This document shows positions 47,781 to 56,726 of a stretch of 64,000 nucleotides of DNA, one piece after another. Under the pieces are notes generated by a model, which did not search any database, had not been told where the DNA came from, and saw nothing but the letters and a program-made list of their open reading frames with translations. Made by a program: the position numbers and the translations under genes. The DNA is taken from assembly GCA_000505065.1 (NCBI GenBank), contig AWSN01000001.1, positions 196,567 to 260,566 on the forward strand, written 5' to 3'. Each line of letters starts with the position of its first letter. Position 1 is the stretch's first letter. The stretch is from Parcubacteria bacterium RAAC4_OD1_1 (GTDB lineage: Bacteria > Patescibacteriota > Minisyncoccia > Phycocordibacterales > UBA9973).

Positions 47781-49157
47781 CTACCAACCAAATTCTTTAC
47801 CTACGTCTTCAGGAGATTCTCGTTTTCGTGCTACAACTATATGTCCATTTTCAGCAATTAATTTTAATGGAGAAGAAAGCATGCAATGATGTGATGCTAA
47901 AGCATCTTGATAAGCTCCCGTATCAAAAAATGCGACATAAAGAGTATCGTTGGGATCATAATTATAATCTGGTAAGACAACTGTATCATTAACTCCTGTG
48001 TAAATATCATCTGAATCACACGAAGAACCTGATATCCAAATATCATTTAATTTATTGTCAAATTTATTATTAACAGGAGCAACAAACCATTTTTGATTTA
48101 TACCCCAAACATCAGGTAAATCATTCATCAAGCTTCCATCTATTACATACCATTTTTTTGCTCCAACTTTTTTATTATTTATTATCTTAGTATCAATAAC
48201 TTTAAAAATTGTTATTTGAGCAGGAGCTACCATATACTTTCCCCATTCACAAATAAGATTTGGATGAGAAATTCCCCTCTTTTCTGATTCTTTTTTAAGA
48301 AGTTCAAAAAGTTTTTCTAATATTTTTTCAACAGAATATTTTTTATTTCTTTCAAAAGGAATAGGCATACCACCTCCAATATCTAAAGTATCTAGTGATG
48401 GATTTGTTTCTTTTAATTTAAAATATACATTGAGAGCATATTTGGTGGTTTCAACAAGATCAGATAATTTTTCAATTTTTCCAATTCTATAATGTAAAAC
48501 TTTTAAATTTCTAAAAGATGACATTTTAAGAAGTTCATTTCTGGAAAAACCAAATCTATCTATTTGTTTATTCCAATTTATTTTTGATTTTACTGGTATA
48601 TCAAGTCTAATTCCAACATCGTATTTGGAATTCTGAAAAGTTTTAAGCTCACTAGGACCCTCTATAATAGGTACAACTTTAAGTCCTCTGTGTTGAAGTT
48701 CATCAATAAGATTTATATATCTATCTGTCTTAGGTCCATTACATAAAATACGCATCTTTTCGTTAAAAGATTGCTGTTCTAGCATTTTTTTAACAATATA
48801 AAGTTCATTATAGGATGAAGTTTCAATATTTGCTCCTTCTCCCACCATAGCAAGTACTACTTCTTTTGTTTGACTTGCTTTCATGGGGTAGTGATAAAAA
48901 AACTTCCCCTGATATTTTAATTTTTTAATTAATGAATCAGATAAATCAAGTAGATCTTCAACTCTTTCCTCGATAATATAAGGAAAAAGAATTTCAAGTG
49001 ATGTCCCGAATTTTTCTGCTAGATATTTTATATTATAAACATTATTACCTTCCTTTGCGATAAGATCCCCATCTTTATTGTAATCGAAATATTGTGTATT
49101 AAAATCCTTTATACCAAGCTTCCAAAGTTTCTTAGAAGCAATTGAGCGTTTGGTCAT
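47781..49157 (-). CDS. Fold-III PLP-dependent decarboxylase, biosynthetic arginine decarboxylase (SpeA)-like
   Basis: YHYPMKASQTKEVVLAMVGEGANIETSSYNEL resembles SpeA YPIKVNQHRRVIESL..GLEAGSKAEL. LEILFPYIIEERV resembles LLIRFPQILQHRL. Would supply agmatine to aguA. A DAP-decarboxylase (lysA) role is not excluded. Confidence 0.65.
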   Translation of the reverse strand: MTKRSIASKKLWKLGIKDFNTQYFDYNKDGDLIAKEGNNVYNIKYLAEKFGTSLEILFPYIIEERVEDLLDLSDSLIKKLKYQGKFFYHYPMKASQTKEVVLAMVGEGANIETSSYNELYIVKKMLEQQSFNEKMRILCNGPKTDRYINLIDELQHRGLKVVPIIEGPSELKTFQNSKYDVGIRLDIPVKSKINWNKQIDRFGFSRNELLKMSSFRNLKVLHYRIGKIEKLSDLVETTKYALNVYFKLKETNPSLDTLDIGGGMPIPFERNKKYSVEKILEKLFELLKKESEKRGISHPNLICEWGKYMVAPAQITIFKVIDTKIINNKKVGAKKWYVIDGSLMNDLPDVWGINQKWFVAPVNNKFDNKLNDIWISGSSCDSDDIYTGVNDTVVLPDYNYDPNDTLYVAFFDTGAYQDALASHHCMLSSPLKLIAENGHIVVARKRESPEDVGKEFGW

Positions 49158-49246
49158 CTCATTACATAAGGCATCTTACACTTACCTTTAATAAATAATA
49201 TTAATAAAATATATTATACCAAAACTGAAAAATTTGTAAAGATAAA

Positions 49247-50332
49247 CTATAAACCTTCTTCTTTTAATTTTTCTATTAATTCTTTATTCTTTTTTGAAAG
49301 TTTAGGCATAGTAATATTTACTTTTACTATAATATCTCCTCTTCCATAATTATTTGGAACACCCTTACCTCGTACTCTTAATAATTCTCCATTATTTATT
49401 CCTTCTGGAATTTTTATTTCCAAATTTCCACCATCTAAAAGTTTAAGCTTATAAGTAGAACCTAAAAGTGCATCAGTAAGCTTGATTTTTATTTCTGTAA
49501 TTAGATTATCTCCATCTCTTTTATATATATCATTTGATTTTACTTTCAATCTAATAAATAAATCTCCAAATCTTCCACCTTGCACTCCATCTCCCTCTCC
49601 ATTCAATTTTAATCTTTGCCCATCTTCGACTCCACTAGGAATATTTATAGATATAACATCATCACTTTTGTTAATTCCTATTCCTTTACAATTAGAACAT
49701 TTTTCTTCAGGGATTTTTCCAGATCCGCTACATTCTCCACAAGCAGATACAGATTCAAAATTTCCAAGTATTGTTCTTTTAACTTCTCTTATTTTTCCAG
49801 CACCACCACATTTTTTACAATTATTTAATTTAGTACCCTTTTTTGCTCCAGTACCCTCACAAACTTTACAAGTTGAATTTCTATTAATGCGAATATCTTT
49901 TGAAACTCCAAAAATAGATTCCTCAAATGTTAAATCAAGAAGAACTTCTAGATCTCGCCCTTTTTTCTGGCCTCCTCTAGAACGACCACCCATTCCACCT
50001 CCAAAGAAGTCACCAAAAATATCTCCTAAATCTCCCATGTCAAATTCTACTCCACCATTCGCATTTCTGAAATCAAAACCACCAAAACCTCCAAACCCAG
50101 ACGTTCCAGGATTAAACCCACCCATATCTGCACTACCAAATTGATCATAGTTTGATCTTTTCTTATCATCAGAAAGGATCTGGTAAGCTTCATTTACTTC
50201 CTTGAACTTTGTATCATCACCCTTGTTTTTATCAGGATGGTAAGTGTGTGCAAGCTTATGAAAAGCTTTTTTAATTTCATCTTTTGATGCACCTTTATTT
50301 ACTCCCAAAATTTTATAATAGTCTTTGGACAT
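49247..50332 (-). CDS. dnaJ: Chaperone DnaJ
   Basis: J-domain with HPD, G/F-rich region, four CxxCxGxG repeats. Confidence 0.9.
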   Translation of the reverse strand: MSKDYYKILGVNKGASKDEIKKAFHKLAHTYHPDKNKGDDTKFKEVNEAYQILSDDKKRSNYDQFGSADMGGFNPGTSGFGGFGGFDFRNANGGVEFDMGDLGDIFGDFFGGGMGGRSRGGQKKGRDLEVLLDLTFEESIFGVSKDIRINRNSTCKVCEGTGAKKGTKLNNCKKCGGAGKIREVKRTILGNFESVSACGECSGSGKIPEEKCSNCKGIGINKSDDVISINIPSGVEDGQRLKLNGEGDGVQGGRFGDLFIRLKVKSNDIYKRDGDNLITEIKIKLTDALLGSTYKLKLLDGGNLEIKIPEGINNGELLRVRGKGVPNNYGRGDIIVKVNITMPKLSKKNKELIEKLKEEGL

Positions 50333-50361
50333 AATTTTTATATAATACCATAGTTTAATAA

Positions 50362-50476
50362 AAATTTCTGAAATAATTCTTATCGAGGGGGCGGTTGAGG
50401 CTGACGAGCCGAAACTTCAGCATAAATTTCAGTAGAAATTTTGCGGACCCGAGAGAAGAAGTTATTTCAGAAATTT
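50362..50476 (-). repeat. TIR-flanked structured element between dnaK and dnaJ
   Basis: 15-bp perfect terminal inverted repeats AAATTTCTGAAATAA / TTATTTCAGAAATTT. GC-richer core with nested hairpin AAATTTC-AGTA-GAAATTT and a GGCTCGTCAGCC..CCGCCCCCTCG segment resembling the MITE core. Confidence 0.55.
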
Positions 50477-50496
50477 TATCTATTATTTCTATTTTA

Positions 50497-52386
50497 TTAT
50501 TTACCCTCTTCTTTTACTTCTGCATCTTTTATTTCTGGTTCTTGTTCCTCTGGTGTAGGATTATTTCCTTCGGGTTGTGCGTTTCCTGCTTTACTCATAG
50601 CTTCACCTATTTTAGAAATTTCAGACGAAAGTTCTTCTGTAGATTTCTTAATAGCTTCGATATCATTTCCTTCTTTTACAGTTTTAAGAGAAGTTATCTT
50701 ACCTTCTACTTCTGTTTTTAAAGAAGAATCTATTTTATCTCCATAATCTTTCAAGGATTTTTCTGCAGTAAAGATCATCATATCGGCAGTATTTTTAATA
50801 TCTGCAATTTCTTTTTTCTTTGCATCTTCTTCAGCATGAGCTTCTGCATCTTCTTTCATTTTCTTTATATCTTGATCTGTAAGACCAGAGGAAGCTTCAA
50901 TACGAATAGATTGAACTTTTCCTGAAGCTTTATCCATAGCTTTAACATTAAGTATTCCATTTGCATCAACATCAAAAGAAACTTCAACTTGTGGTATACC
51001 ACGTGGAGCAGGAGGAATACCGTCTAAAATAAACCTTCCGAGAGATTTATTGTCTGTTGCCATTGGGCGCTCACCTTGAACAATATGAATTTCTACACTT
51101 GTTTGATTGTCAGCAGCAGTTGAAAAAACTTGTGATTTAGAAGTAGGAATTGTAGTATTTCTCTCTACAAGCTTTGTAGCAACACCTCCTAAAGTTTCAA
51201 TACCCAAAGATAATGGAATAACATCAAGAAGTAAAACATCACGGACATCCCCTTGAAGAACTCCCCCTTGTACAGCAGCACCAAGCGCTACAACTTCGTC
51301 TGGATTGATTGAACGATTTGGCTCTTTACCAAAAAGTTTTTTCACTTCTTCTACTATTTTTGGCATTCTTGTTTGACCTCCAACCATTATTATTTCATTA
51401 ATATCATCCATTTTAAAAGGACTTGCTTCCATTGCACGCTTTGTAATTTCTATTGAACGATTTATATATTCTTCAGCTAATGACTCTAGGGTTGCACGGG
51501 ACATCTTTATAAGTAAATGCTGAGGACCTTCTGCACCAGATGTTATAAATGGAATATTTACTTCTGTTTCCATTGTAGTTGAAAGTTCAATTTTTGCTTT
51601 TTCAGCTGCTTCATCAAGTCTTTGAAGGGCAAGAGGATCTTTGGTGACATCTATTCCTGATTGTTTCTTAAATTCATCTGCTAACCAATGAATTATTTTT
51701 TGATCAATATCACGACCCCCCATATGAGAATCTCCATCTGTTGACTTCACTTCAATGACATCATCTGAAACTTCAAGAACAGAAACATCAAATGTTCCAC
51801 CTCCAAAATCAAAAACTACAATCTTTTCATTTTTCTTATTATTAAACCCATAAGCAAGAGCAGCGGCGGTTGGTTCGTTTATAATTCTTTTAACATCAAG
51901 CCCAGCGATCATTCCTGCATCTTTTGTAGCTTTTCTTTGTGCATCATTAAAATAAGCAGGAACAGTAATTATCGCTTCTGTTATTTTTTCTCCAAGTTTT
52001 GCTTCGACATCGGCTTTAATTTTAGAAAGTATCATTGCAGAAATTTCTTCTGGACGAAACCATTTTTCACCAATATTTACTTCTGCCCCAGAATCTTTAC
52101 CTTTTTGAATTTTAAATGGGGCAGTCTTTGAAGTTTTCTGTATTTCAGGATCTTCAAACATATGACCCATAAATCTTTTAATACCATAAATTGTATTTTG
52201 TGGATTTGTCACAGACTGACGCTTTGCAAGAAGACCCACTAACCTATCACCATTTTTAGAAATAGCGACAATAGATGGAGTAGTTCTTCCACCTTCTATG
52301 TTCTCTATAATCTTTGGTTGACCACCTTCAATGATAGCAACCGCACTGTTTGTTGTACCCAAATCTATACCTATTATTTTTGACAT
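50497..52386 (-). CDS. dnaK: Chaperone DnaK (Hsp70)
   Basis: [18 protein letters not shown], and full Hsp70 architecture. 629 aa. Confidence 0.95.
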   Translation of the reverse strand: MSKIIGIDLGTTNSAVAIIEGGQPKIIENIEGGRTTPSIVAISKNGDRLVGLLAKRQSVTNPQNTIYGIKRFMGHMFEDPEIQKTSKTAPFKIQKGKDSGAEVNIGEKWFRPEEISAMILSKIKADVEAKLGEKITEAIITVPAYFNDAQRKATKDAGMIAGLDVKRIINEPTAAALAYGFNNKKNEKIVVFDFGGGTFDVSVLEVSDDVIEVKSTDGDSHMGGRDIDQKIIHWLADEFKKQSGIDVTKDPLALQRLDEAAEKAKIELSTTMETEVNIPFITSGAEGPQHLLIKMSRATLESLAEEYINRSIEITKRAMEASPFKMDDINEIIMVGGQTRMPKIVEEVKKLFGKEPNRSINPDEVVALGAAVQGGVLQGDVRDVLLLDVIPLSLGIETLGGVATKLVERNTTIPTSKSQVFSTAADNQTSVEIHIVQGERPMATDNKSLGRFILDGIPPAPRGIPQVEVSFDVDANGILNVKAMDKASGKVQSIRIEASSGLTDQDIKKMKEDAEAHAEEDAKKKEIADIKNTADMMIFTAEKSLKDYGDKIDSSLKTEVEGKITSLKTVKEGNDIEAIKKSTEELSSEISKIGEAMSKAGNAQPEGNNPTPEEQEPEIKDAEVKEEGK

Positions 52387-52400
52387 ATATTTTGTAGCAA

Positions 52401-52483
52401 AACAAATTATTTTATGAAAAAATGTCTGGCACTGGCTCCCGTCCCCTATAGCCCCTAGACTTTTTTCAGAATATAATTTGTGA
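52401..52483 (-). repeat. MITE-like TIR element, copy D (in the dnaK 5' UTR)
   Basis: Same element. Lies between the dnaK promoter (52533..52561) and the start codon, ending ~15 nt before the ATG. Confidence 0.7.
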
Positions 52484-52532
52484 AGCTAATTATTAAATTA
52501 ATAATGTTTTTATAATAAAATTATACAAACTA

Positions 52533-52561
52533 ATTATATACTAACGAAGTTATTTTGACAA
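52533..52561 (-). promoter_or_regulatory. Sigma70-like promoter for dnaK
   Basis: Minus strand reads TTGTCA-N17-TATAAT. The -35 overlaps the left arm of the palindromic operator. Confidence 0.55.
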
Positions 52562-52586
52562 GTATTTAGTGGTCACTAAATACTTG
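52559..52586. promoter_or_regulatory. Perfect palindromic operator (13 bp + GT + 13 bp) between divergent dnaK and regulator promoters
   Basis: CAAGTATTTAGTG-GT-CACTAAATACTTG. Overlaps the dnaK -35 and abuts the regulator -35. Confidence 0.6.
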
Positions 52587-52615
52587 TTGAATATTATATT
52601 TATATATGATATACT
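52587..52615 (+). promoter_or_regulatory. Sigma70-like promoter for the PaaX-like regulator gene
   Basis: TTGAAT-N17-TATACT, 9 nt before the ATG at 52625. Confidence 0.5.
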
Positions 52616-52624
52616 GTCAATAGT

Positions 52625-53155
52625 ATGAAAAAACGTGATTTTTCAAGGAAAATTATAAAAATGCTTTCTGAGAAGCCAGCTATTTCTCTATCTGAAATAG
52701 AAGAAAAGATACTAAATGATAAGTCTACAAAATATGCTTTAAATCGCTCTATAAAGGGTCTAAAAGACTCAGGGCTGATCGAAAACATAGATTCTGGTCA
52801 AAGTAAGTATGCAAAGCTTACAAAGGAAGGTAAGAAAAAGGCCCATAGTATTAAGCTTGAATGTGAGAATGCTGTAATAAGTAATACTTGGGATGGATTT
52901 TGGAGAATTATAATTTTAGATGTAGAAGAAGACAGAAAAAGTGAAAGAGAAGCAATTAGGTATCTACTTAAAAAAGCAGGATTTGTATCTGTAAAAAATT
53001 CTGTTTGGATTTCTATGTATCCTTTCGAATACCTGTTTACAAATATAAAAAATGATTTAGATCTTACAACAGAACTTATGATAATAGTCACAGATAAGAT
53101 CGACAAAAAAACAGAAAAAGAATTTTTATCTCTCTGTTTAACTAAAACAGAGTGA
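52625..53155 (+). CDS. PaaX-like winged-HTH transcriptional regulator (candidate dnaK-operon repressor)
   Basis: N-terminal wHTH. C-terminal WDGFWRIIILDVEEDRKSEREAIRYLLKKAGFVSVKNSVWISMYP matches the PaaX_C pattern WDG.W..v..D.pE..R..R..LR..L...GF..L.NSVWiSP. 176 aa. Confidence 0.6.
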   Translation: MKKRDFSRKIIKMLSEKPAISLSEIEEKILNDKSTKYALNRSIKGLKDSGLIENIDSGQSKYAKLTKEGKKKAHSIKLECENAVISNTWDGFWRIIILDVEEDRKSEREAIRYLLKKAGFVSVKNSVWISMYPFEYLFTNIKNDLDLTTELMIIVTDKIDKKTEKEFLSLCLTKTE

Positions 53156-53164
53156 GGCAAGACC

Positions 53165-53770
53165 TTACTCTGTTTTAAATTCAAAAATATTAACTTTGGC
53201 TGGACGTATTATTCTATGACCTATTTTGTATCCAGATTGTACTATTTTAGCTATATTATGATCGCTTTTTTTATCTTTTGTATCAATAATTTCTATCGAT
53301 TCATGAATAGATGGATCAAAAGGGATACCTACCCTATCTATTTTTTCTACGCCCGCGTCTTCAAGTCCTTTCATAAATTGTGTATAAATATATTCTACCC
53401 CCATACGCCAATTTTTATCTACCTTTTCCCAATTTTCTTTATTAGAAAAAGCCATATCAAAACTATCCAATGCTGGTAATAAATCATTCATAAATTTTTC
53501 TTTCGTCAAAATAGAACTTCTAATATGAGAATCACCATGCTCTTTTTGTAAATTTACATAATCAGCTTTCGCTCGTTGCCAACCAGTCAAATATTCATCA
53601 CGTTCATTTCGTAATTTTTTATTTTCTTCTCTTAATCTCTTAACTATATCTTTAGATGGTAAAGGTTCTCCATCCTCAGTACTATCAATAAATTCTACGT
53701 CATCTAAAACGTCTTCATTCTCAATATTTTTTTCTTTATTTTGATTTTTTATTTCTTCTTCTTTCATCAT
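53165..53770 (-). CDS. grpE: Nucleotide exchange factor GrpE
   Basis: GrpE coiled-coil plus C-terminal beta domain (VQSGYKIGHRIIRPAKV). Start set at MMKEEE (53770). The longer track ORF overlaps rpsI. Confidence 0.8.
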   Translation of the reverse strand: MMKEEEIKNQNKEKNIENEDVLDDVEFIDSTEDGEPLPSKDIVKRLREENKKLRNERDEYLTGWQRAKADYVNLQKEHGDSHIRSSILTKEKFMNDLLPALDSFDMAFSNKENWEKVDKNWRMGVEYIYTQFMKGLEDAGVEKIDRVGIPFDPSIHESIEIIDTKDKKSDHNIAKIVQSGYKIGHRIIRPAKVNIFEFKTE

Positions 53771-53864
53771 AATATTCTTATAATAATAAAAATTCCAGAC
53801 TTTTTCAAGTCTAGAATTTTTAATTTTAACGTTTAGACCTAAACACTCCATGTCGGTCGACGCT

Positions 53865-54278
53865 TTAGCGTTTAGACCATTGTGGAGCTTTACGAGCTTT
53901 CTTGAGTCCAAATTTTCTTCTTTCTTTCTGTCTTGGATCACGTTTTAACATTTTTGCTTTCTTAAGTGGAATTCTAAGCTCTTTATCTGAAGAAACAAGA
54001 GCTCTAGATATCCCATGACGAACCGCTTCTGCTTGAGAATGTATCCCCCCGCCTTTTGTAGTAATAATAACTTCAAACTTATCTGTTCCACCTGCTGCTT
54101 CAAAAGCACCTGTAACTATTTTTCTTAATTCAAGTGTTTTAAAATATTCATTTAAATCTTTCCCATTTATCGTATAAGAATTTTTACTTGCTTTTACAAG
54201 TTTTACAACAGCAGAAGAAGTCTTCCTTCGGCCAACTGCTCTTATGTATTCTTTTGTAGATGATTTTGTTGTTGCCAT
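53865..54278 (-). CDS. rpsI: 30S ribosomal protein S9
   Basis: C-terminal ...KKARKAPQWSKR and the GGG..QAEAVRHGI S9 signature. Confidence 0.9.
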   Translation of the reverse strand: MATTKSSTKEYIRAVGRRKTSSAVVKLVKASKNSYTINGKDLNEYFKTLELRKIVTGAFEAAGGTDKFEVIITTKGGGIHSQAEAVRHGISRALVSSDKELRIPLKKAKMLKRDPRQKERRKFGLKKARKAPQWSKR

Positions 54279-54303
54279 CTTAAATTTAATTAAATTATAA
54301 TAT

Positions 54304-54654
54304 TTAGTCTTTTATAACTAAAAGTTTCATCATTTTAGGTCTCAACTTATTTCCAGGAAGCATATTGTAAACTGCAAGCTCATAAAGCTTTTTCCAACCA
54401 TGTTTTTTTATTATTGTATCATTTGTAGCAAATTTAAGCCCACCTGGGTATCCTGAATATCTCTCATGTAAAGTTTCTTTCATTCTTGTTTCTGTCATTT
54501 TAGTTTTACTTGCATTCTCTATTATGACTTCTACATCCAAAACTTTATTTGGAGTATAATCTACACTTTTTTTACCCATAAGAGATTTAGCAGCTTCACT
54601 AGCTACTCTTCCCAATGTTTTACCTTCTGCGTTTATTGTATATACTGTTTTCAT
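54304..54654 (-). CDS. rplM: 50S ribosomal protein L13
   Basis: MKTVYTINAEGKTLGRVASEAAKSLMGK matches the L13 N-terminus. Start at ATG 54654. Confidence 0.85.
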   Translation of the reverse strand: MKTVYTINAEGKTLGRVASEAAKSLMGKKSVDYTPNKVLDVEVIIENASKTKMTETRMKETLHERYSGYPGGLKFATNDTIIKKHGWKKLYELAVYNMLPGNKLRPKMMKLLVIKD

Positions 54655-54661
54655 AAAATAA

Positions 54662-55015
54662 TTATACAAATTCAATTATTGCCATTTTACTTGCATCTCC
54701 TAATCTTCTTGGAAGTTTAGTTATGCGTGTATACCCCCCACTACGACCTTTGTATTTAGGAGCAATGACATCTATCAATTTATTTGCTTCACTTGTAAGA
54801 TTGTACAAACGAGATACTATCAAACGACGAGAAGCAAGAGTACCCATATTTGCTTTTGTTATAAGCTTCTCTATTTCTGGTCTTAATTCTTTTGCTTTTG
54901 CTTCTGTTGTTTCTATCTTTTCGTGAGATATCAATGCTAACATAAGCCCCTTAAGTAGTGCCTTTCTTTGATTTCTCTTTCTTCCAAATTTTCTAATGTT
55001 ATTGTGATGTCTCAT
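54662..55015 (-). CDS. rplQ: 50S ribosomal protein L17
   Basis: MRHHNNIRKFGRKRNQRKALLKGL is the L17 N-terminus. Confidence 0.9.
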   Translation of the reverse strand: MRHHNNIRKFGRKRNQRKALLKGLMLALISHEKIETTEAKAKELRPEIEKLITKANMGTLASRRLIVSRLYNLTSEANKLIDVIAPKYKGRSGGYTRITKLPRRLGDASKMAIIEFV

Positions 55016-55055
55016 ATATAAATTAATTACTAATTAATAATTACAAATTAAGATT

Positions 55056-56042
55056 TTACTTCAGTGTGATTCCATATTCTCCGAGAACCTTTTTAATCTC
55101 TTGAATCCCCTTATCTCCAATTCCTTCTATTTCAAGTAAATCTTCTTTTTTCTTGCGAGCAATACCTCCAATAGTCCTTATGTTTGCTCCTGTCAATGCA
55201 TTTAATGTACGAGTAGAAAGTGCTAATGAGTCAATTCTTGTTTTTAATGTATCTGTAAATTCTGTATTTTCTCCCTTCTTTTCTTCTTTTTCTTCATCAT
55301 CTGTTTTATCTTCTATTTGCTCTTCTATAATTTCTTTTTTTGTTCTAGATGCAATAGAATGTCCAATGATTGATTCTAATTGTTCTACCATTATAACAAT
55401 TGCTTTTTCAAGAGCTTCTCGAGGAGATAATGTGCCGTCTGTTTCGATGGTCACACGTAAACGATTGTGATTTGTTTTATCACCAACACGCATATTCTCA
55501 ACTTCATAAGAAACTCTACGGATAGGAGTAAAAATAGCATCTAATGATATCATACCTACTTCATTTTTAGTTTTTTGATGCATTTCTTTTGAAACAAAAC
55601 CAAGTCCTTTTTCAACTGTCATTTCAATTGAGAGATTAGCTTTACTTGTGATTTCAGTAATGTATAAATCTTTATTAAGAACTTCTACTTGACCAGAAGT
55701 TTCTATATCTTCGGCTGTAACCTTTTTAGGACCTTTAACATTTAATTTCACAACTTGAGGTTCATCTGTAAGTAATTTAAAGCGAACTTGCTTCAAATGA
55801 AGAAGAATAGTTATAACATCTTCTTTTACTCCATCCATAACTGAAAATTCATGATCTACCCCTTCTATTTTCAAAGAAGTAATAGCTGAACCTGTAAGAG
55901 AAGACAATATAATACGGCGAAGTGAATTACCTAAAGTATGCCCATACCCAGGGTAAAGGCCATCTATTTCATAAACACCCTTTGTGTCTACTTCTGTTAC
56001 TACAGATAATTTTGATGGTAATATTATATTTGAATCAGACAT
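55056..56042 (-). CDS. rpoA: DNA-directed RNA polymerase subunit alpha
   Basis: N-terminal dimerisation domain and C-terminal CTD (GIGDKGIQEIKKVL). 328 aa. Confidence 0.9.
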   Translation of the reverse strand: MSDSNIILPSKLSVVTEVDTKGVYEIDGLYPGYGHTLGNSLRRIILSSLTGSAITSLKIEGVDHEFSVMDGVKEDVITILLHLKQVRFKLLTDEPQVVKLNVKGPKKVTAEDIETSGQVEVLNKDLYITEITSKANLSIEMTVEKGLGFVSKEMHQKTKNEVGMISLDAIFTPIRRVSYEVENMRVGDKTNHNRLRVTIETDGTLSPREALEKAIVIMVEQLESIIGHSIASRTKKEIIEEQIEDKTDDEEKEEKKGENTEFTDTLKTRIDSLALSTRTLNALTGANIRTIGGIARKKKEDLLEIEGIGDKGIQEIKKVLGEYGITLK

Positions 56043-56107
56043 ATGATATTAATTTTGGAAAGCAAAAAGCTTTCATATTATTTATTAAAAACGAACCATA
56101 CGTACTA

Positions 56108-56716
56108 TTAACGACTATAAAATTCTAGAACTGTATTAAGATCGATAAACCCTTCGACGTTTTTAGGTTTACCTTCTACAATTCCAGATAGGCTATCTAT
56201 GTTAAATTTTAACCAATTAGGACAAGTATAATCCTTTAGTTTGTTTGCCATATCAGAGAAAAGTGAACTCTTAGAGCTTTGAGGTCTGACAGATATAGTA
56301 TCTCCTATTCGCACATGCATTGAAGGAACTGTTATTTTCTTGTTATTTACCAATATGTGTCCATGAGAAACAAGCTGTCTAGCAAGTCTTCTTGTGCTTG
56401 CAATACCAAGACGATAAACAATATTATCCAATCGATACTCAAGTAATTCAAAAAGATACTCGGTAGAAGAAACTCCTTTTTTAGCAACAGAATCTTTTAC
56501 ATAATTTGAAAATTGCTTTTCTGAAAGACCATACATAAAACGAACCTTTTGTTTTTCGATAAATTGAAGTCCGTAACCAGATAAAACTTTTGGTTTTTTA
56601 TTTTTTTTATTTTTTGCATGCTTCCCTTCAGAAACAACAAATTTAGTATTTTGACATTTTTCAAATACTCCAGGACCTAAGCGTCTACAAATTTTATATT
56701 TTTGAACTTTTTTCAT
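56108..56716 (-). CDS. rpsD: 30S ribosomal protein S4
   Basis: KICRRLGPGVFEKCQ zinc-finger-type N-terminus and S4 domain. Confidence 0.9.
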   Translation of the reverse strand: MKKVQKYKICRRLGPGVFEKCQNTKFVVSEGKHAKNKKNKKPKVLSGYGLQFIEKQKVRFMYGLSEKQFSNYVKDSVAKKGVSSTEYLFELLEYRLDNIVYRLGIASTRRLARQLVSHGHILVNNKKITVPSMHVRIGDTISVRPQSSKSSLFSDMANKLKDYTCPNWLKFNIDSLSGIVEGKPKNVEGFIDLNTVLEFYSR

Positions 56717-56726
56717 AAATTATTTA

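Noticed and set aside
52387-52620. CIRCE/HrcA element upstream of dnaK
   Set aside because: No TTAGCACTC-N9-GAGTGCTAA match was found upstream of dnaK or grpE. The palindrome present has a 2-nt spacer and different half-sites.
53771-53864. Regulatory element upstream of grpE
   Set aside because: The hairpin TTCCAGACTT-TTTCA-AGTCTAGAA plus T-run reads as the rpsI terminator. The repeated GTTTAGACC motifs lie inside the rpsI coding sequence.
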